The notes: generated by a model not told the origin, from the letters alone. A stretch of DNA of 35,150 nt from Candidatus Aenigmatarchaeota archaeon (GCA_003550625.1 PUKU01000032.1:1-35150); one strand, 5' to 3'; counted from the first letter of the stretch, positions 1 through 9,880 are shown. Translations and numbers: made by a program.

Positions 1-2
1 AA

Positions 3-365
3 AGAAAGGATCCTGGCATGGACCACAAAACAGCAAGGATGGCATCTGAAAACAGTGTGGCCATAGGCTTTGTATTCCATGACCTGCACCAAACCTACGG
101 AAAGGTAAGGGCCCACGTTCTGAACCACATGAAGAAGTCTCTGGAGCTCTGTGAAAAGTACGGTGTCGACTTCATAGTTACATCAGGAGCCAGAAACAGG
201 TATGAGCTCAGGGGCGGAAGGGATCTTGCATCTCTTGTAAAGGTACTTGATGTCGATGCATCCGAAGCAATAAGTTCGGTAACAAAAACTCCCAGTAGTA
301 TAGTATCTGAAAATAGGAAGAAGCTGGGTGGAAGTATAAAGAAGGACGGCGTAGAGGAGATCTAG
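3..365 (+). CDS. rnp3: RNase P protein subunit Rpp30, 5'-truncated by window edge
   Basis: Frame is open from the window edge. C-terminal Rpp30 signature KYGVDFIVTSGARNRYELRGGRDL. Pop5 gene lies just downstream. Confidence 0.88.
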   Translation, partial: RKDPGMDHKTARMASENSVAIGFVFHDLHQTYGKVRAHVLNHMKKSLELCEKYGVDFIVTSGARNRYELRGGRDLASLVKVLDVDASEAISSVTKTPSSIVSENRKKLGGSIKKDGVEEI

Positions 366-586
366 ATATTTCTTCTGTCCTTCAGGTCGATCTCTATGGT
401 CATTCTTCTCTCGTCTTTTCCTTTTTTAAAGAGAACATCAACAGGTTGCTCCGGGGTTATCTTTTGGTTGCCCTTTGAATAGCCTGGAATTTCTATTCCC
501 ACCTTTCCGTTCTCGACCTGGTTGGCCAGTTCCCTCAGGAAGTTCTTCAGCTCAGTCCTTGAGAAACGTGCCCTTGCATCTGTCAT
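362..586 (-). CDS. amphi-Trp domain-like small protein
   Basis: SRTELKNFLRELANQVENGKV...MTIEIDL fits the amphi-Trp pattern. GGAGGT SD on minus strand at 590-595. Confidence 0.75.
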   Translation of the reverse strand: MTDARARFSRTELKNFLRELANQVENGKVGIEIPGYSKGNQKITPEQPVDVLFKKGKDERRMTIEIDLKDRRNI

Positions 587-628
587 AATACCTCCAATAA
601 TATATACACCGAATGGTAATTAAAACTT
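587..628. promoter_or_regulatory. Compact divergent promoter region (amphi-Trp / Pop5)
   Basis: TAATATATA at 598-606 lies 22 nt before the Pop5 ATG, consistent with a leaderless transcript. AT-rich box at about 619-627 could serve the minus-strand gene. Confidence 0.5.
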
Positions 629-1006
629 ATGTCCAGACCTGAGACGCTTCCGTCGTCTATGAGAGAGAAGAAAAGGTATATAGCATTTCAAGTAGTCGCG
701 GAGAACGACCTGGGGTTTGGCGATATAATAAATGCTCTGTGGAGCTCAATACTTGATCTGTTCGGGGAGGTCCACACAGGCGAGATAAACTTCTGGCTGA
801 TAAAGGATGTGTGGGACAAAGACAAACAGCGTGGTTTGATAAAATGCAACCATAACCACGTTGGCGAGGTAAGGCTTGCCATGGGACTTATAGAAAGGAT
901 AGGTGATGTAAAAGTGTCGATGAGGTCCCTGGGCGTGTCGGGAACTATGAAGTCCGCGAGGAAGAAACACTTCGGTGAAAAGGATCTAACAGACTACGCC
1001 GACTAG
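629..1006 (+). CDS. rnp2: RNase P protein subunit Pop5/Rpp14
   Basis: LPSSMREKKRYIAF N-terminus and GVSGTMKSA C-terminus typical of archaeal Pop5. Confidence 0.93.
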   Translation: MSRPETLPSSMREKKRYIAFQVVAENDLGFGDIINALWSSILDLFGEVHTGEINFWLIKDVWDKDKQRGLIKCNHNHVGEVRLAMGLIERIGDVKVSMRSLGVSGTMKSARKKHFGEKDLTDYAD

Positions 1007-1083
1007 TCGAAAAACTTAAAAATATAGGCCTACAACTAACCATAGGTTTCTGGGGTATTATTCCAACCGGGGATGGTAAAAGA

Positions 1084-1590
1084 ATGAATATTTTTCTAAC
1101 TGGGAAACCAGGGTCCGGAAAGACCAGACTACTGAAGGAAGTTCTTGAAGAACTCGACGGTGAGGTATGTGGTTTCTTCACGCCAGAGATAAGAGAAAAC
1201 GGGGATAGGACTGGATTTAGGATAAAGGATATAAAAACAGGGGACAAGGGCGTACTGGCTTCGGTCAAGATAGACGAAGGACCTTCTGTGAGCAAGTACA
1301 AGGTCAACGTAGAGGGTGTTGAAAGGTTCTCAAAGAAGGTTATGGAGGATATGGCAGATTCGGATATAGTAGCTATAGATGAGATAGGTGTAATGGAACT
1401 CTATTCCGATAGTTTCAGTGAAATGTTAAAGATGGCTATCGAATCCGACAAGCTCCTGATCGCAACACTACATGTAAATCTAATCGATAGGTACGAAGAC
1501 CAGGGCAAGGTAATATGGGTAACACGGGGAAGTGCAAAGGATGTGAAGAAGAAAGTAATCGAGTTAATAGAAAGGCACAAGGACAGGTAA
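1084..1590 (+). CDS. THEP1-family nucleoside triphosphatase
   Basis: IFLTGKPGSGKT Walker A, GFFTPEIRE, GF, IDEIGVME Walker B. Confidence 0.92.
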   Translation: MNIFLTGKPGSGKTRLLKEVLEELDGEVCGFFTPEIRENGDRTGFRIKDIKTGDKGVLASVKIDEGPSVSKYKVNVEGVERFSKKVMEDMADSDIVAIDEIGVMELYSDSFSEMLKMAIESDKLLIATLHVNLIDRYEDQGKVIWVTRGSAKDVKKKVIELIERHKDR

Positions 1591-1627
1591 AGATTTAAAA
1601 CAGCATCATCAAACTTTCTTTGATAAA

Positions 1628-2680
1628 ATGTCTGAACAGATCTCAAAGAGGAAGGACGACCACATAAGAATAACCAAGGAGGAGGACGTCGACTGTGGAG
1701 ATGCCGGATTCGATGATGTAAAGCTTATTCACAAGGCCCTCCCGGAAATAAACAAGGACGAAATAGATACCTCCTGCAGAATGCTCGGAAAGACTCTGGA
1801 CGCACCTATCCTAATAGACTCCATAACCGGCGGCAGTGAAAGAGGTAAAAAGTTGAACAGAAGACTTGCCGCCGCGGCCGAGGAATGTAATATAGGAATC
1901 GGAGTAGGCAGCCAGAGGGCAGCACTGGAGGACGGATCTCTCGCAGAAACCTACTCGGTTGTAAGGGATGTTGCACCCACATCCTTGGTTTACGGAAACA
2001 TAGGAGCAGCGCAGCTAAGGGAGTACAACATAGAAAGACTCGAGGAGTTGGTGGATATGATAGATGCAGATGCACTCGCAGTTCATCTGAACTTTGCACA
2101 GGAGGCCGCGCAACCAGAGGGCGATGTCAATGCAAGAGGCTGTATATCCGCAATGAAGGATGTGGTAGAAATGCTAAGCGTTCCGGTTATGGTAAAGGAG
2201 ACGGGCTGTGGTATTTCAGGGAGTCTTGCCAAAAAACTCAGTGACATAGGAGTGGACATTATAAACACAGGTGGCATGGGAGGAACGTCGTGGCCGTATA
2301 TTGAGTCACGTAGAGCAGAGGCCGTCGGACATAAGAAAAAGGCAAGAGTAGGTAGAATATTTAAGAGCTGGGGAATCCCCACGGCAGCGTCAGTTGTAGA
2401 AACGTCAGAGCACCATCCATATATAGTAGCAAGCGGTGGAATACGTTCGGGGCTTGATATAGCCAAGTCACTGGCACTGGGCGCAAGGGCAGCCGCTGCA
2501 GCAGCACCATTCCTGGAACCTGCACTAAAAAACGAGGACCGTGTTGTCGGGACCGTGGAAGCCATGGTGGAGGAGCTCAGGACGGCGATGTTTGTAACAG
2601 GAAACAAGAACTTAGAGGACCTAAACGAAACGGAGACAGTGATAACGGGCAAACTCAGGGAATACATAACATCACATTAG
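1628..2680 (+). CDS. fni: Type 2 (FMN-dependent) isopentenyl-diphosphate isomerase
   Basis: RKDDHI, ITGG, GVGSQR, HLNFAQEAAQPEGD, VKETGCG, GGTSW, WGIPT, SGGIRSG motifs. Confidence 0.96.
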   Translation: MSEQISKRKDDHIRITKEEDVDCGDAGFDDVKLIHKALPEINKDEIDTSCRMLGKTLDAPILIDSITGGSERGKKLNRRLAAAAEECNIGIGVGSQRAALEDGSLAETYSVVRDVAPTSLVYGNIGAAQLREYNIERLEELVDMIDADALAVHLNFAQEAAQPEGDVNARGCISAMKDVVEMLSVPVMVKETGCGISGSLAKKLSDIGVDIINTGGMGGTSWPYIESRRAEAVGHKKKARVGRIFKSWGIPTAASVVETSEHHPYIVASGGIRSGLDIAKSLALGARAAAAAAPFLEPALKNEDRVVGTVEAMVEELRTAMFVTGNKNLEDLNETETVITGKLREYITSH

Positions 2681-2753
2681 ACATGAGACGTTAGTGGGGT
2701 TGTAAAAATGACGAATATTTATAAGCAAGAAAAACCCATGGTTTGGTGATACA

Positions 2754-3866
2754 ATGGAACTGGAAAATACCGAAATAGATCAGGACAGGATGGAGAACTC
2801 TGTTAAAAAACTCAAGGAATGGCGTGACCTCATAAACAAGGAGCTCAAGAGGGAGTTCAAAGAGCACAAAAAGAGAGCCAAAAAGATACATTCTGAGGGT
2901 GTTACGGTAATAGACTATCTGGAAGACTATACGATGAGAGGAGGGAAAAGGGTAAGACCTGCTCTGATAATAGCAGGATACCTCGGCACAGGCGGCGAGG
3001 ATCTCGATAAACTTATACCAGCATCACTGTCCATAGAGGCCCTTCAGTCCTACCTACTGATACACGACGATATCATGGACGAAGATGTCCTCCGGAGAGG
3101 TGACGATACCCTACATAAAATGTACGAGGAATACCATAAAAGAGAGTTCAATGGCGAAAGGCCAGAAAAGTTCGGTGAAAATATGGGAATAATAGTAGGA
3201 GACATATCAAACTCCTTTGCTGTGTCCCAGATAATCAGAAGTGACTTCGACGACAGAACAAAGATAGCGGTAATGGACAAGTTTGAAGAGATACACAGAC
3301 ACACCGGATACGGACAGGTTCTGGACGTGACATTCAACGAAAAGAAGCTGGAAGACGTCACGGAGAAAGATGTCCTCACGGTACATTATCTTAAGACCTC
3401 TCAGTACACCATGGCAGGGCCGCTTGAGCTTGGAGCGATCTTTGCAGGTGCAACCGAGAAACAGAAGGAAATATTCAGAACATACGGCGAAAAGGCGGGA
3501 AAGGCATTCCAGGTCTACGATGATCTCCTGGGACTATACGGCGACGAAGAGAAGCTAGGTAAGCCCATTGGATCCGATCTTGAGGAAGGTAAAAAGACTC
3601 TTCTGGTTGTAAAGGCCTTCGAAAGGGGCAACAAAGAACAAAAACGTATCATAAAGAGTTCACTCGGAAAGAAGGACATAACAGAGGAAGAAGTAATGAA
3701 GATACGGGAAATAGTCAGAGAAACCGGATCCTATCAATATTCAAGAAACCTCACTACAAAACTTGCCAATGAAGCAAAGGAGGATCTAGACGAAGATGTC
3801 ATAGATCCTGAAATAGTTCAATTTCTCAGGGGTCTAGCAGACTACATAATAACAAGAGAGGTTTAG
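2754..3866 (+). CDS. Short-chain trans-prenyl diphosphate synthase (GGPP synthase-like)
   Basis: GGKRVRP, FARM YLLIHDDIMD..RRG, GQVLD, KTSQY, FQVYDD..GK..GSD..EGKKT. Bulky Tyr at -5 of the FARM implies a short-chain product. GGTGA SD upstream. Confidence 0.93.
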   Translation: MELENTEIDQDRMENSVKKLKEWRDLINKELKREFKEHKKRAKKIHSEGVTVIDYLEDYTMRGGKRVRPALIIAGYLGTGGEDLDKLIPASLSIEALQSYLLIHDDIMDEDVLRRGDDTLHKMYEEYHKREFNGERPEKFGENMGIIVGDISNSFAVSQIIRSDFDDRTKIAVMDKFEEIHRHTGYGQVLDVTFNEKKLEDVTEKDVLTVHYLKTSQYTMAGPLELGAIFAGATEKQKEIFRTYGEKAGKAFQVYDDLLGLYGDEEKLGKPIGSDLEEGKKTLLVVKAFERGNKEQKRIIKSSLGKKDITEEEVMKIREIVRETGSYQYSRNLTTKLANEAKEDLDEDVIDPEIVQFLRGLADYIITREV

Positions 3867-3930
3867 ATAGGGAACCAGGTGCCAGCTGTAGAGCTGGAAC
3901 AACTAATTCCAGCCCATGCTTCAAAAGTTT

Positions 3931-4992
3931 CTAAGCTTCTTCAATCCCTTCCTTGGCACCCTTTGCATTCTTGACAAGACTGTCGCCTAGGTCGTATTTC
4001 TCTGCAATTTCTATAGCTCCATCGAAGTTTGAGTTGGACATTCGAATTTTATACAACTGTCGGGCAGCCTTGTTTGCTTTGTCTCTGTCTAAACCACACT
4101 TATCAGCTACATCCAAAGTCGTTGTGAGTTTAAACGATTCAAAGGCCTTATCAAAGGTCTCTTCTGCTAAGGACTCAGAAAGCTCTGATGGGTCGACATG
4201 TTTCCACGCACGACTTGGATTATCGGAAACCATTTCGCGATAAATCTCTTCGAACTTGGCGTCAAGTCCATACTTCCTGGCTATTTTCAGCGCTTCTGAT
4301 GGATACTTAGTCCGGGCTCTTACTCCTTCCTTGTCGGTCATCTTGTCACAGATATATCCAACTGCATCGGTTCCGAGACCATAATCACCCACTGCCATCT
4401 TGGCCAGCCTTTTGTATTCTTTTGCCCAGTCTGCATGTTCTACTTGATCTTTGAGCAAGTTCTCAGCAGCTTCCTTTTCTTTTTCTTCCGAAAACCACTT
4501 TTTAGCTATCTCATACTTTTCGCGGAGATCGGAGTCCCTGTATTTCAATGAAGCTTTTCCTATGAGTTTCCTTTTCTTTCTCTCTTTTTTCTCTTGAATC
4601 TCTTCGTCGTCTAGAATCTCATACAGGGAATGGTTGTCAACTATTTCATCGAACCTCTGTTCATACTCATCCCTTGATTCGGCATCCGTAGCATCCCCTT
4701 CGAGTAACAGCTCTGCGGCTTTCCTTTTCTTTTCGAAACCCAGATCGTGCTTCTTTGCGACATCTAGTGCATCCATGTGGCTTCCTCGTGACATAGCCTC
4801 TTCGTACAGCTCTTCGACCTTGTCACCAAGATCACATTTCTCTATAACTTCAAGTGCGGAACCAAAGTCACCGTCCTCTAGGTTTTGCTCGTACTTGTCC
4901 TCACCAAAGTACCTCTTCAGGCCATCGAGTTCTTCTTCAAGCTCCTGTATCCTTTTTTCGTACTCGTCACAGTGAGATTTGGAATCTTCCAT
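3931..4992 (-). CDS. Hypothetical all-alpha repeat protein
   Basis: Long acidic ORF with a recurring A-[LI]-x-[VI]-A-x-K-[YCH]-[DG]-L motif. ATG at 4992 follows GGGGTGA SD (track start GTG 5001 lies within the SD). Confidence 0.8.
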   Translation of the reverse strand: MEDSKSHCDEYEKRIQELEEELDGLKRYFGEDKYEQNLEDGDFGSALEVIEKCDLGDKVEELYEEAMSRGSHMDALDVAKKHDLGFEKKRKAAELLLEGDATDAESRDEYEQRFDEIVDNHSLYEILDDEEIQEKKERKKRKLIGKASLKYRDSDLREKYEIAKKWFSEEKEKEAAENLLKDQVEHADWAKEYKRLAKMAVGDYGLGTDAVGYICDKMTDKEGVRARTKYPSEALKIARKYGLDAKFEEIYREMVSDNPSRAWKHVDPSELSESLAEETFDKAFESFKLTTTLDVADKCGLDRDKANKAARQLYKIRMSNSNFDGAIEIAEKYDLGDSLVKNAKGAKEGIEEA

Positions 4993-5178
4993 ATTTTTCA
5001 CCCCTTGAAAGTGATTAATCCTAAAGCTTAAATATGTGAAGGTAAGAAGCCCGAGAGCCGCTTTTATATTATCACAGCATACCGTTTAAGGGTAATCGCT
5101 CTGGGATTTTATTGGCATCCCACAACTGATTTCCAGTAAACTTATTAACAATCCAATGAATTAGTTTTATTGGTTAAT

Positions 5179-6330
5179 ATGCAAGACAACGGCTTTGAGG
5201 TAACACCATGGGACGTGGAGGGAAACGTAGACTACAGAAAACTTGTGGAGAAGTTCGGGACAGAAATAATAACCGACAAGCTCAAGAAGGACATAAAAAA
5301 ACAGGCCGGCGAGGATCATATGTATCTTCGCAGAGACTACTTCTTCTCCCACAGAGACCTTGGTAAGGTTCTAAAGGACCACGAAAGAGGGGATGGTTTC
5401 TTTCTATACACAGGAATCGGGCCCTCTGGTCCCATGCACATAGGCCATATAATACCCTTCTACTTTAGCAAATGGCTCCAGGAGAGGTTCGACGTAAACC
5501 TCTACATACAGGTAACAGACGACGAGAGATACTGGACCGGTGATGGGACCACAGAGGAGATAGAGTCATATGCAGAGAAAAATATAATGGATATAGCGGG
5601 CGTGGGCCTTGATCCCGACAGAACCTTTGTTTTCAAAAACAAGGAGTACATGGGGAACATGTACGAAGCCGCGGTTAAGATATCAGAGAAGATAAACTTC
5701 TCCGTGGCCAGCAGTGTTTTTGGATTCAATAGCTCAACCAACATCGGCATGATATTCTACCCTGCTGTGCAGATGATACCTACCTTCTTTGAGAAAAAGA
5801 GGTGCCTTATACCGGCGGCCATAGATCAGGATACATACTGGAGGGCCCAGAGAGACATAGCAGAGAAGCTAGGATACCACAAAGCAGCACAGATACACAG
5901 CAAATTTATACCAGCTCTGACAGGACCAGAAGGTAAAATGTCGTCATCCAAACCAAGAAGTGCAATAATGCTAGATGACTCTCCCGCAGAGGTAAGGGAG
6001 AAGGTTATGAAAAAGGCCTACTCGGGAGGCCAGGTAACTAAGGAGGAACACAGGAAGAAGGGCGCAGATCTCTCAGTAGATGTTGCTTACCAGTGGCTCA
6101 AAAACCTCTTTATGGAGAACGACGACCGGTTGGAGGAGATAGGGAGAAAGTACAGCAGCGGCGAGATGCTGACGGGTGAGATAAAGGAGATACTTGCAGA
6201 AAAACTGAACAGCTTCCTGGAAGAACACAGAAAAAGAAAGGAGGACCGTGGAGAGGAGCTCAAACGGAAAATGATGTACGAAGGAAAGTTGGCAAGGAGA
6301 ATGTGGGATAAGAAGGTAGATCTGCGATAA
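5179..6330 (+). CDS. trpS: Tryptophan--tRNA ligase (archaeal type)
   Basis: VTPWDVEG, LYTGIGPSGPMHIGH, AIDQD, KMSSS, SGEMLTGEIK. ATG 5179 preferred over TTG 5170. Confidence 0.96.
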   Translation: MQDNGFEVTPWDVEGNVDYRKLVEKFGTEIITDKLKKDIKKQAGEDHMYLRRDYFFSHRDLGKVLKDHERGDGFFLYTGIGPSGPMHIGHIIPFYFSKWLQERFDVNLYIQVTDDERYWTGDGTTEEIESYAEKNIMDIAGVGLDPDRTFVFKNKEYMGNMYEAAVKISEKINFSVASSVFGFNSSTNIGMIFYPAVQMIPTFFEKKRCLIPAAIDQDTYWRAQRDIAEKLGYHKAAQIHSKFIPALTGPEGKMSSSKPRSAIMLDDSPAEVREKVMKKAYSGGQVTKEEHRKKGADLSVDVAYQWLKNLFMENDDRLEEIGRKYSSGEMLTGEIKEILAEKLNSFLEEHRKRKEDRGEELKRKMMYEGKLARRMWDKKVDLR

Positions 6331-6345
6331 GGAAGGTTTTAAACA

Positions 6346-6933
6346 ATGTTAAAGGGTATCGTATCCAGTATACTCGGCAGAGGTGCTGAAATCACCGAGT
6401 ACCTCATCCATACACACGGAATACAGGCTCTGATTTTTGTATCCGTTTTAAGGGGACTGATGCTTTTCTGGATAGCACCGGATGAAGTAGCTACAGTTGC
6501 ATACGTGCTATTTGCAACGGAAACCGTTGCAGAAGTAGCAGCAGTAGTGTTAATATCGTCTGTTTTTATACTGATAGGAAACAGCGTTGTATTTCTACTG
6601 TTCCGGTGGCTCGGGGAAAGAATCGTAAGTGAGGAGAGGAAGAACACAAGGATATGGAGGTTTCTGAACTGGGCCTTCGATAAGAACGGCAAGTTCTCCA
6701 TACTTATTTTCAGGATGACTCCACTGATAGGTGGGGACTGGGTTGCAATATTTTCGGGGTTGACTGATATGGACTTCCGGGAATATCTCATATACTCCTT
6801 TATAGCAATTCTACTCTACGAGGCCTTCATAGGCTTCGGTGCATACTACGGTATAAAGATGGGTATGCTCTATGAACTGGAGATTCCGCTGGTAAATACG
6901 GTTCTAGAATTTTTCGAGAGTTCGGTGCCGTAG
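6346..6933 (+). CDS. DedA/VTT (SNARE-associated) family membrane protein
   Basis: Hydrophobic, with ILIFRMTPLIGGDWVAIFSGLTDMDFREY typical of the VTT domain. Confidence 0.8.
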   Translation: MLKGIVSSILGRGAEITEYLIHTHGIQALIFVSVLRGLMLFWIAPDEVATVAYVLFATETVAEVAAVVLISSVFILIGNSVVFLLFRWLGERIVSEERKNTRIWRFLNWAFDKNGKFSILIFRMTPLIGGDWVAIFSGLTDMDFREYLIYSFIAILLYEAFIGFGAYYGIKMGMLYELEIPLVNTVLEFFESSVP

Positions 6934-6938
6934 GACGT

Positions 6939-8258
6939 CTAGTCTTGAACGTATCTTTCTACCCTTTCCATTACCATGTTCCTTATATCTGAAAGTCCTT
7001 TCTCTGTTTCAGATTCAAACCGTATAGATACCTTGTCCTCTGTTCCGGAGGGTCTGACAAGGGCCCATCCATCGTCGAAGTATATCTTGGCACCGTCCTT
7101 GTCTACTATCCTCTTGTCTGAGAAGTCCTTCTTCAGGAGCTCAGGAACCTCCTCCTTGTTTGTACACACCAGCCTAATTTCAGGGGACGAATGGTACTTT
7201 GGAAGGTCCCCAACCAACAACGAAAGCCTGTCTTCTTTGTCCATCAGTTCAAGCAGCCTGGCCGCAGCATAGTACGGATCATCGTAGTAGTCGTTCTCCC
7301 TGAAGAAAAAGTGGCCCGTGTACTCGCCTCCGATCCTTGCCTCTCTCCCTATCATCTCTCTCTTTATGTAGCTCATACCCACTCTAAAGGGAACGTCTTC
7401 GCCGCCGACCTTCTTCACCATGTCCTCAACCAACCTCGATGACTTGACGTCATGTATAACAACATCTCCTTCTTCGACCAGGTGCTTTACAAAAAGTGCT
7501 AAAAGCACATCGTTGTCGACCCTCTGGCCCCTTTCATCAACAAACACGCCCCTGTCACCGTCGCCATCGAAGGCAATCCCCAGATCTGCATCCTCTTCCA
7601 CAACAACATCTCCAACGGTGCCTATGTTTTCGACGGGATCGGGTCCCCTTGCAGGAAACTCACCGTCTATCTCCGAGTTTATCTCTACAACTTTACATCC
7701 CATTTTTTCAAATATTTCTGATGCAAACAGGGCAGAAGAACCGTTGCCGGGGTCCAAGACAACCTTGAAATCACCGCTTAGATCGACGGAAGAAGAAACC
7801 TTATCCACAAAGCCGGGCACAACATCTTTCTTTGTGAGTTCTCCCGCCTTCCTGGGTTTGAAACTTCTTTGGTATATTTTTTCCATCTCCTCTATACCCG
7901 CCTCATATGTGAGATCCAGTCCCATGCCCTCACAGAACCTCACACCGTTATCCCCTGCAGGATTATGAGAGGCTGTTACCATTGCTCCACCCGCTAGACT
8001 GTGCTCAACCACCGTATAGTATACCATGGGCGTCGCCGCAGTTCCTATGTCCACAACGTCACATCCCTGCTCAAGGAGGCCCTCCTTTACTGCCTCGGCT
8101 ATCCCCGGAGAGCTCTTCCGAACATCCCTACCGACTGCTACTGTTTTTCCGTGGAGATTCTTTACTTCTACAAAGGCCTTGGCTATCTTCTTCGCCTTTT
8201 CGCCGTTGATTTCATCAGGATAAGAACCGCGGATGTCGTACTTTCTGAATACAGACAT
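6939..8258 (-). CDS. Phosphomannomutase/phosphoglucomutase
   Basis: FRKYDIRG, TASHNP (phospho-Ser), FDGDGDR metal loop, GGEYTGH, RPSGTE. Confidence 0.94.
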   Translation of the reverse strand: MSVFRKYDIRGSYPDEINGEKAKKIAKAFVEVKNLHGKTVAVGRDVRKSSPGIAEAVKEGLLEQGCDVVDIGTAATPMVYYTVVEHSLAGGAMVTASHNPAGDNGVRFCEGMGLDLTYEAGIEEMEKIYQRSFKPRKAGELTKKDVVPGFVDKVSSSVDLSGDFKVVLDPGNGSSALFASEIFEKMGCKVVEINSEIDGEFPARGPDPVENIGTVGDVVVEEDADLGIAFDGDGDRGVFVDERGQRVDNDVLLALFVKHLVEEGDVVIHDVKSSRLVEDMVKKVGGEDVPFRVGMSYIKREMIGREARIGGEYTGHFFFRENDYYDDPYYAAARLLELMDKEDRLSLLVGDLPKYHSSPEIRLVCTNKEEVPELLKKDFSDKRIVDKDGAKIYFDDGWALVRPSGTEDKVSIRFESETEKGLSDIRNMVMERVERYVQD

Positions 8259-8296
8259 ATCTACTTCTAATTCTGCATTAAATAAAAAGATTAGAA

Positions 8297-9199
8297 CTAG
8301 TCCAAAATGCTTCGGGAGATTGCTTCGGGATTGAAGGTCTCAAGGTCCTCGTACTCCTGCCCGGTGCCTATGTATAATATCGGTTTACCGAGGGTATGTG
8401 CAACCGAAAGGGCTGCACCGCCCTTTTCATTTACATCCATCTTGGTCAGGACGACGCCGTCCACACCTACTGCATCCTCGAACCTCCTGGCCTGTTCCAC
8501 GGAATCGTTTCCTGTAAGGGAGTCTATAACAAGTATCTTCCAGTTCGGGCTGTTTACCCGACATATTTTTTTCAGCTCATCCATGAGGTTTGTGTTTGAA
8601 TGGGACCTGCCTGCAGTATCGGCCAGTACTACCTTCCTGTCGTTTGCCTTTGCATGCTCCATGGCATCGTATATAACGGCTGCGGCATCGGAACCGTAGT
8701 CGTGCTTTACAACCTTAAGGTCCAGCTTGTCCCCATGCTTCTCCAGCTGCTCTATGGATGCGGCTCTATATGTATCACCTGCAGCAAGAACCGGCTCAAA
8801 TCCCTCGTTCTTCAGTATAGAAGCAAACTTGACAAGTGTAGATGTCTTACCGGATCCGTTAAAACCAAGGAAGAGAACAAGTGAAACGTCGTCCGATGAC
8901 TTTATACTGTCTACAACATCCGGAACGTTAACTGAAAGTATATTCTTGACCGTATATCTGAAGCTCTCCTTTATTGTATTCTCTGCTTCGGTTCTCTTGA
9001 CCTCCTTGCCTTCTAGCTTATCCGTGAGGTCTGAGCATATTTCCTCGGCGGTTTCCATGGCAACATCTGACTGAAGAAGTGATATCTTAAGATCCCCGAA
9101 GACCCTTTCCAGGTCCTCCCTGGTTAGCTTCTTTTCTGTGATTTCCTTGCTTGCCTTGGCGAGTGCATCGTTTACCCTGTCCTTGAACTTGGAAAACAT
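8297..9199 (-). CDS. ftsY: Signal recognition particle receptor FtsY (NG domain only)
   Basis: LLQSDV, GFNGSGKTS, DTYRAAS, DTAGR, TKMD..KGG, GTGQEYEDL. Confidence 0.95.
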   Translation of the reverse strand: MFSKFKDRVNDALAKASKEITEKKLTREDLERVFGDLKISLLQSDVAMETAEEICSDLTDKLEGKEVKRTEAENTIKESFRYTVKNILSVNVPDVVDSIKSSDDVSLVLFLGFNGSGKTSTLVKFASILKNEGFEPVLAAGDTYRAASIEQLEKHGDKLDLKVVKHDYGSDAAAVIYDAMEHAKANDRKVVLADTAGRSHSNTNLMDELKKICRVNSPNWKILVIDSLTGNDSVEQARRFEDAVGVDGVVLTKMDVNEKGGAALSVAHTLGKPILYIGTGQEYEDLETFNPEAISRSILD

Positions 9200-9205
9200 A
9201 TCGAA

Positions 9206-9880
9206 TCATACCTCTCTGTTTCTAACAAGTGCTTCTTCTATCCTACCCAGCTCGGGTCCTGTTGTTTTTTCACTCACAAGAACTCCTTTTTTATTGGCAA
9301 CTATACAGGCACCCACGAAAGGAACTCCGAAGTTTACAGTTCCTCTACCACACTCTAGACCAAAGATCTCCTCAAGTACATCTATCTCTTCATCAGTTAT
9401 GTCCCTATGTGACAAAAGACCCTTGTTTGTTACAACGGAACTGCTCCCCAGTAGATCTCTACCGGCTATGCTTGCAGACCTGACAGGAACATCAAAGATT
9501 CTTTCCAGGTCCTCCTTGGCTCCGACGAGTCTTTCAGAAACCACACATGCACTGTCGTTGACAAGTATAAGGTTACCCAGTGCTGTCTGTTTTGTATCTA
9601 CTGTCTCGCACCTTATTCCTGTTTCTCTTATTGTTTCGATCTCTTCTGTCTCGGCATTTCTGGGCAGGACTACTCCGTTTGAGTTTGCTGCACAGAATAT
9701 ACCTGACATCCTAGAACCAGCCACTGTTGTACCTATTACCTCGACGTCCAGAACATCCTCGACTGCCTCCCGACATTTTCCTGATAGTGTGGGATCCATA
9801 AGACAGAACTTATCCGTGGCCTCTGTATGTAGGCCTAGATTCGAATCTCCATCAAAGCTTGCCTTTTTTATATTGATCAT
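9206..9880 (-). CDS. eif6: Translation initiation factor aIF-6
   Basis: ALGNLILVND, GTVNFGVPFVGACIVAN..G...TTGPELGRIEEAL. Canonical position after L31e. Confidence 0.95.
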   Translation of the reverse strand: MINIKKASFDGDSNLGLHTEATDKFCLMDPTLSGKCREAVEDVLDVEVIGTTVAGSRMSGIFCAANSNGVVLPRNAETEEIETIRETGIRCETVDTKQTALGNLILVNDSACVVSERLVGAKEDLERIFDVPVRSASIAGRDLLGSSSVVTNKGLLSHRDITDEEIDVLEEIFGLECGRGTVNFGVPFVGACIVANKKGVLVSEKTTGPELGRIEEALVRNREV

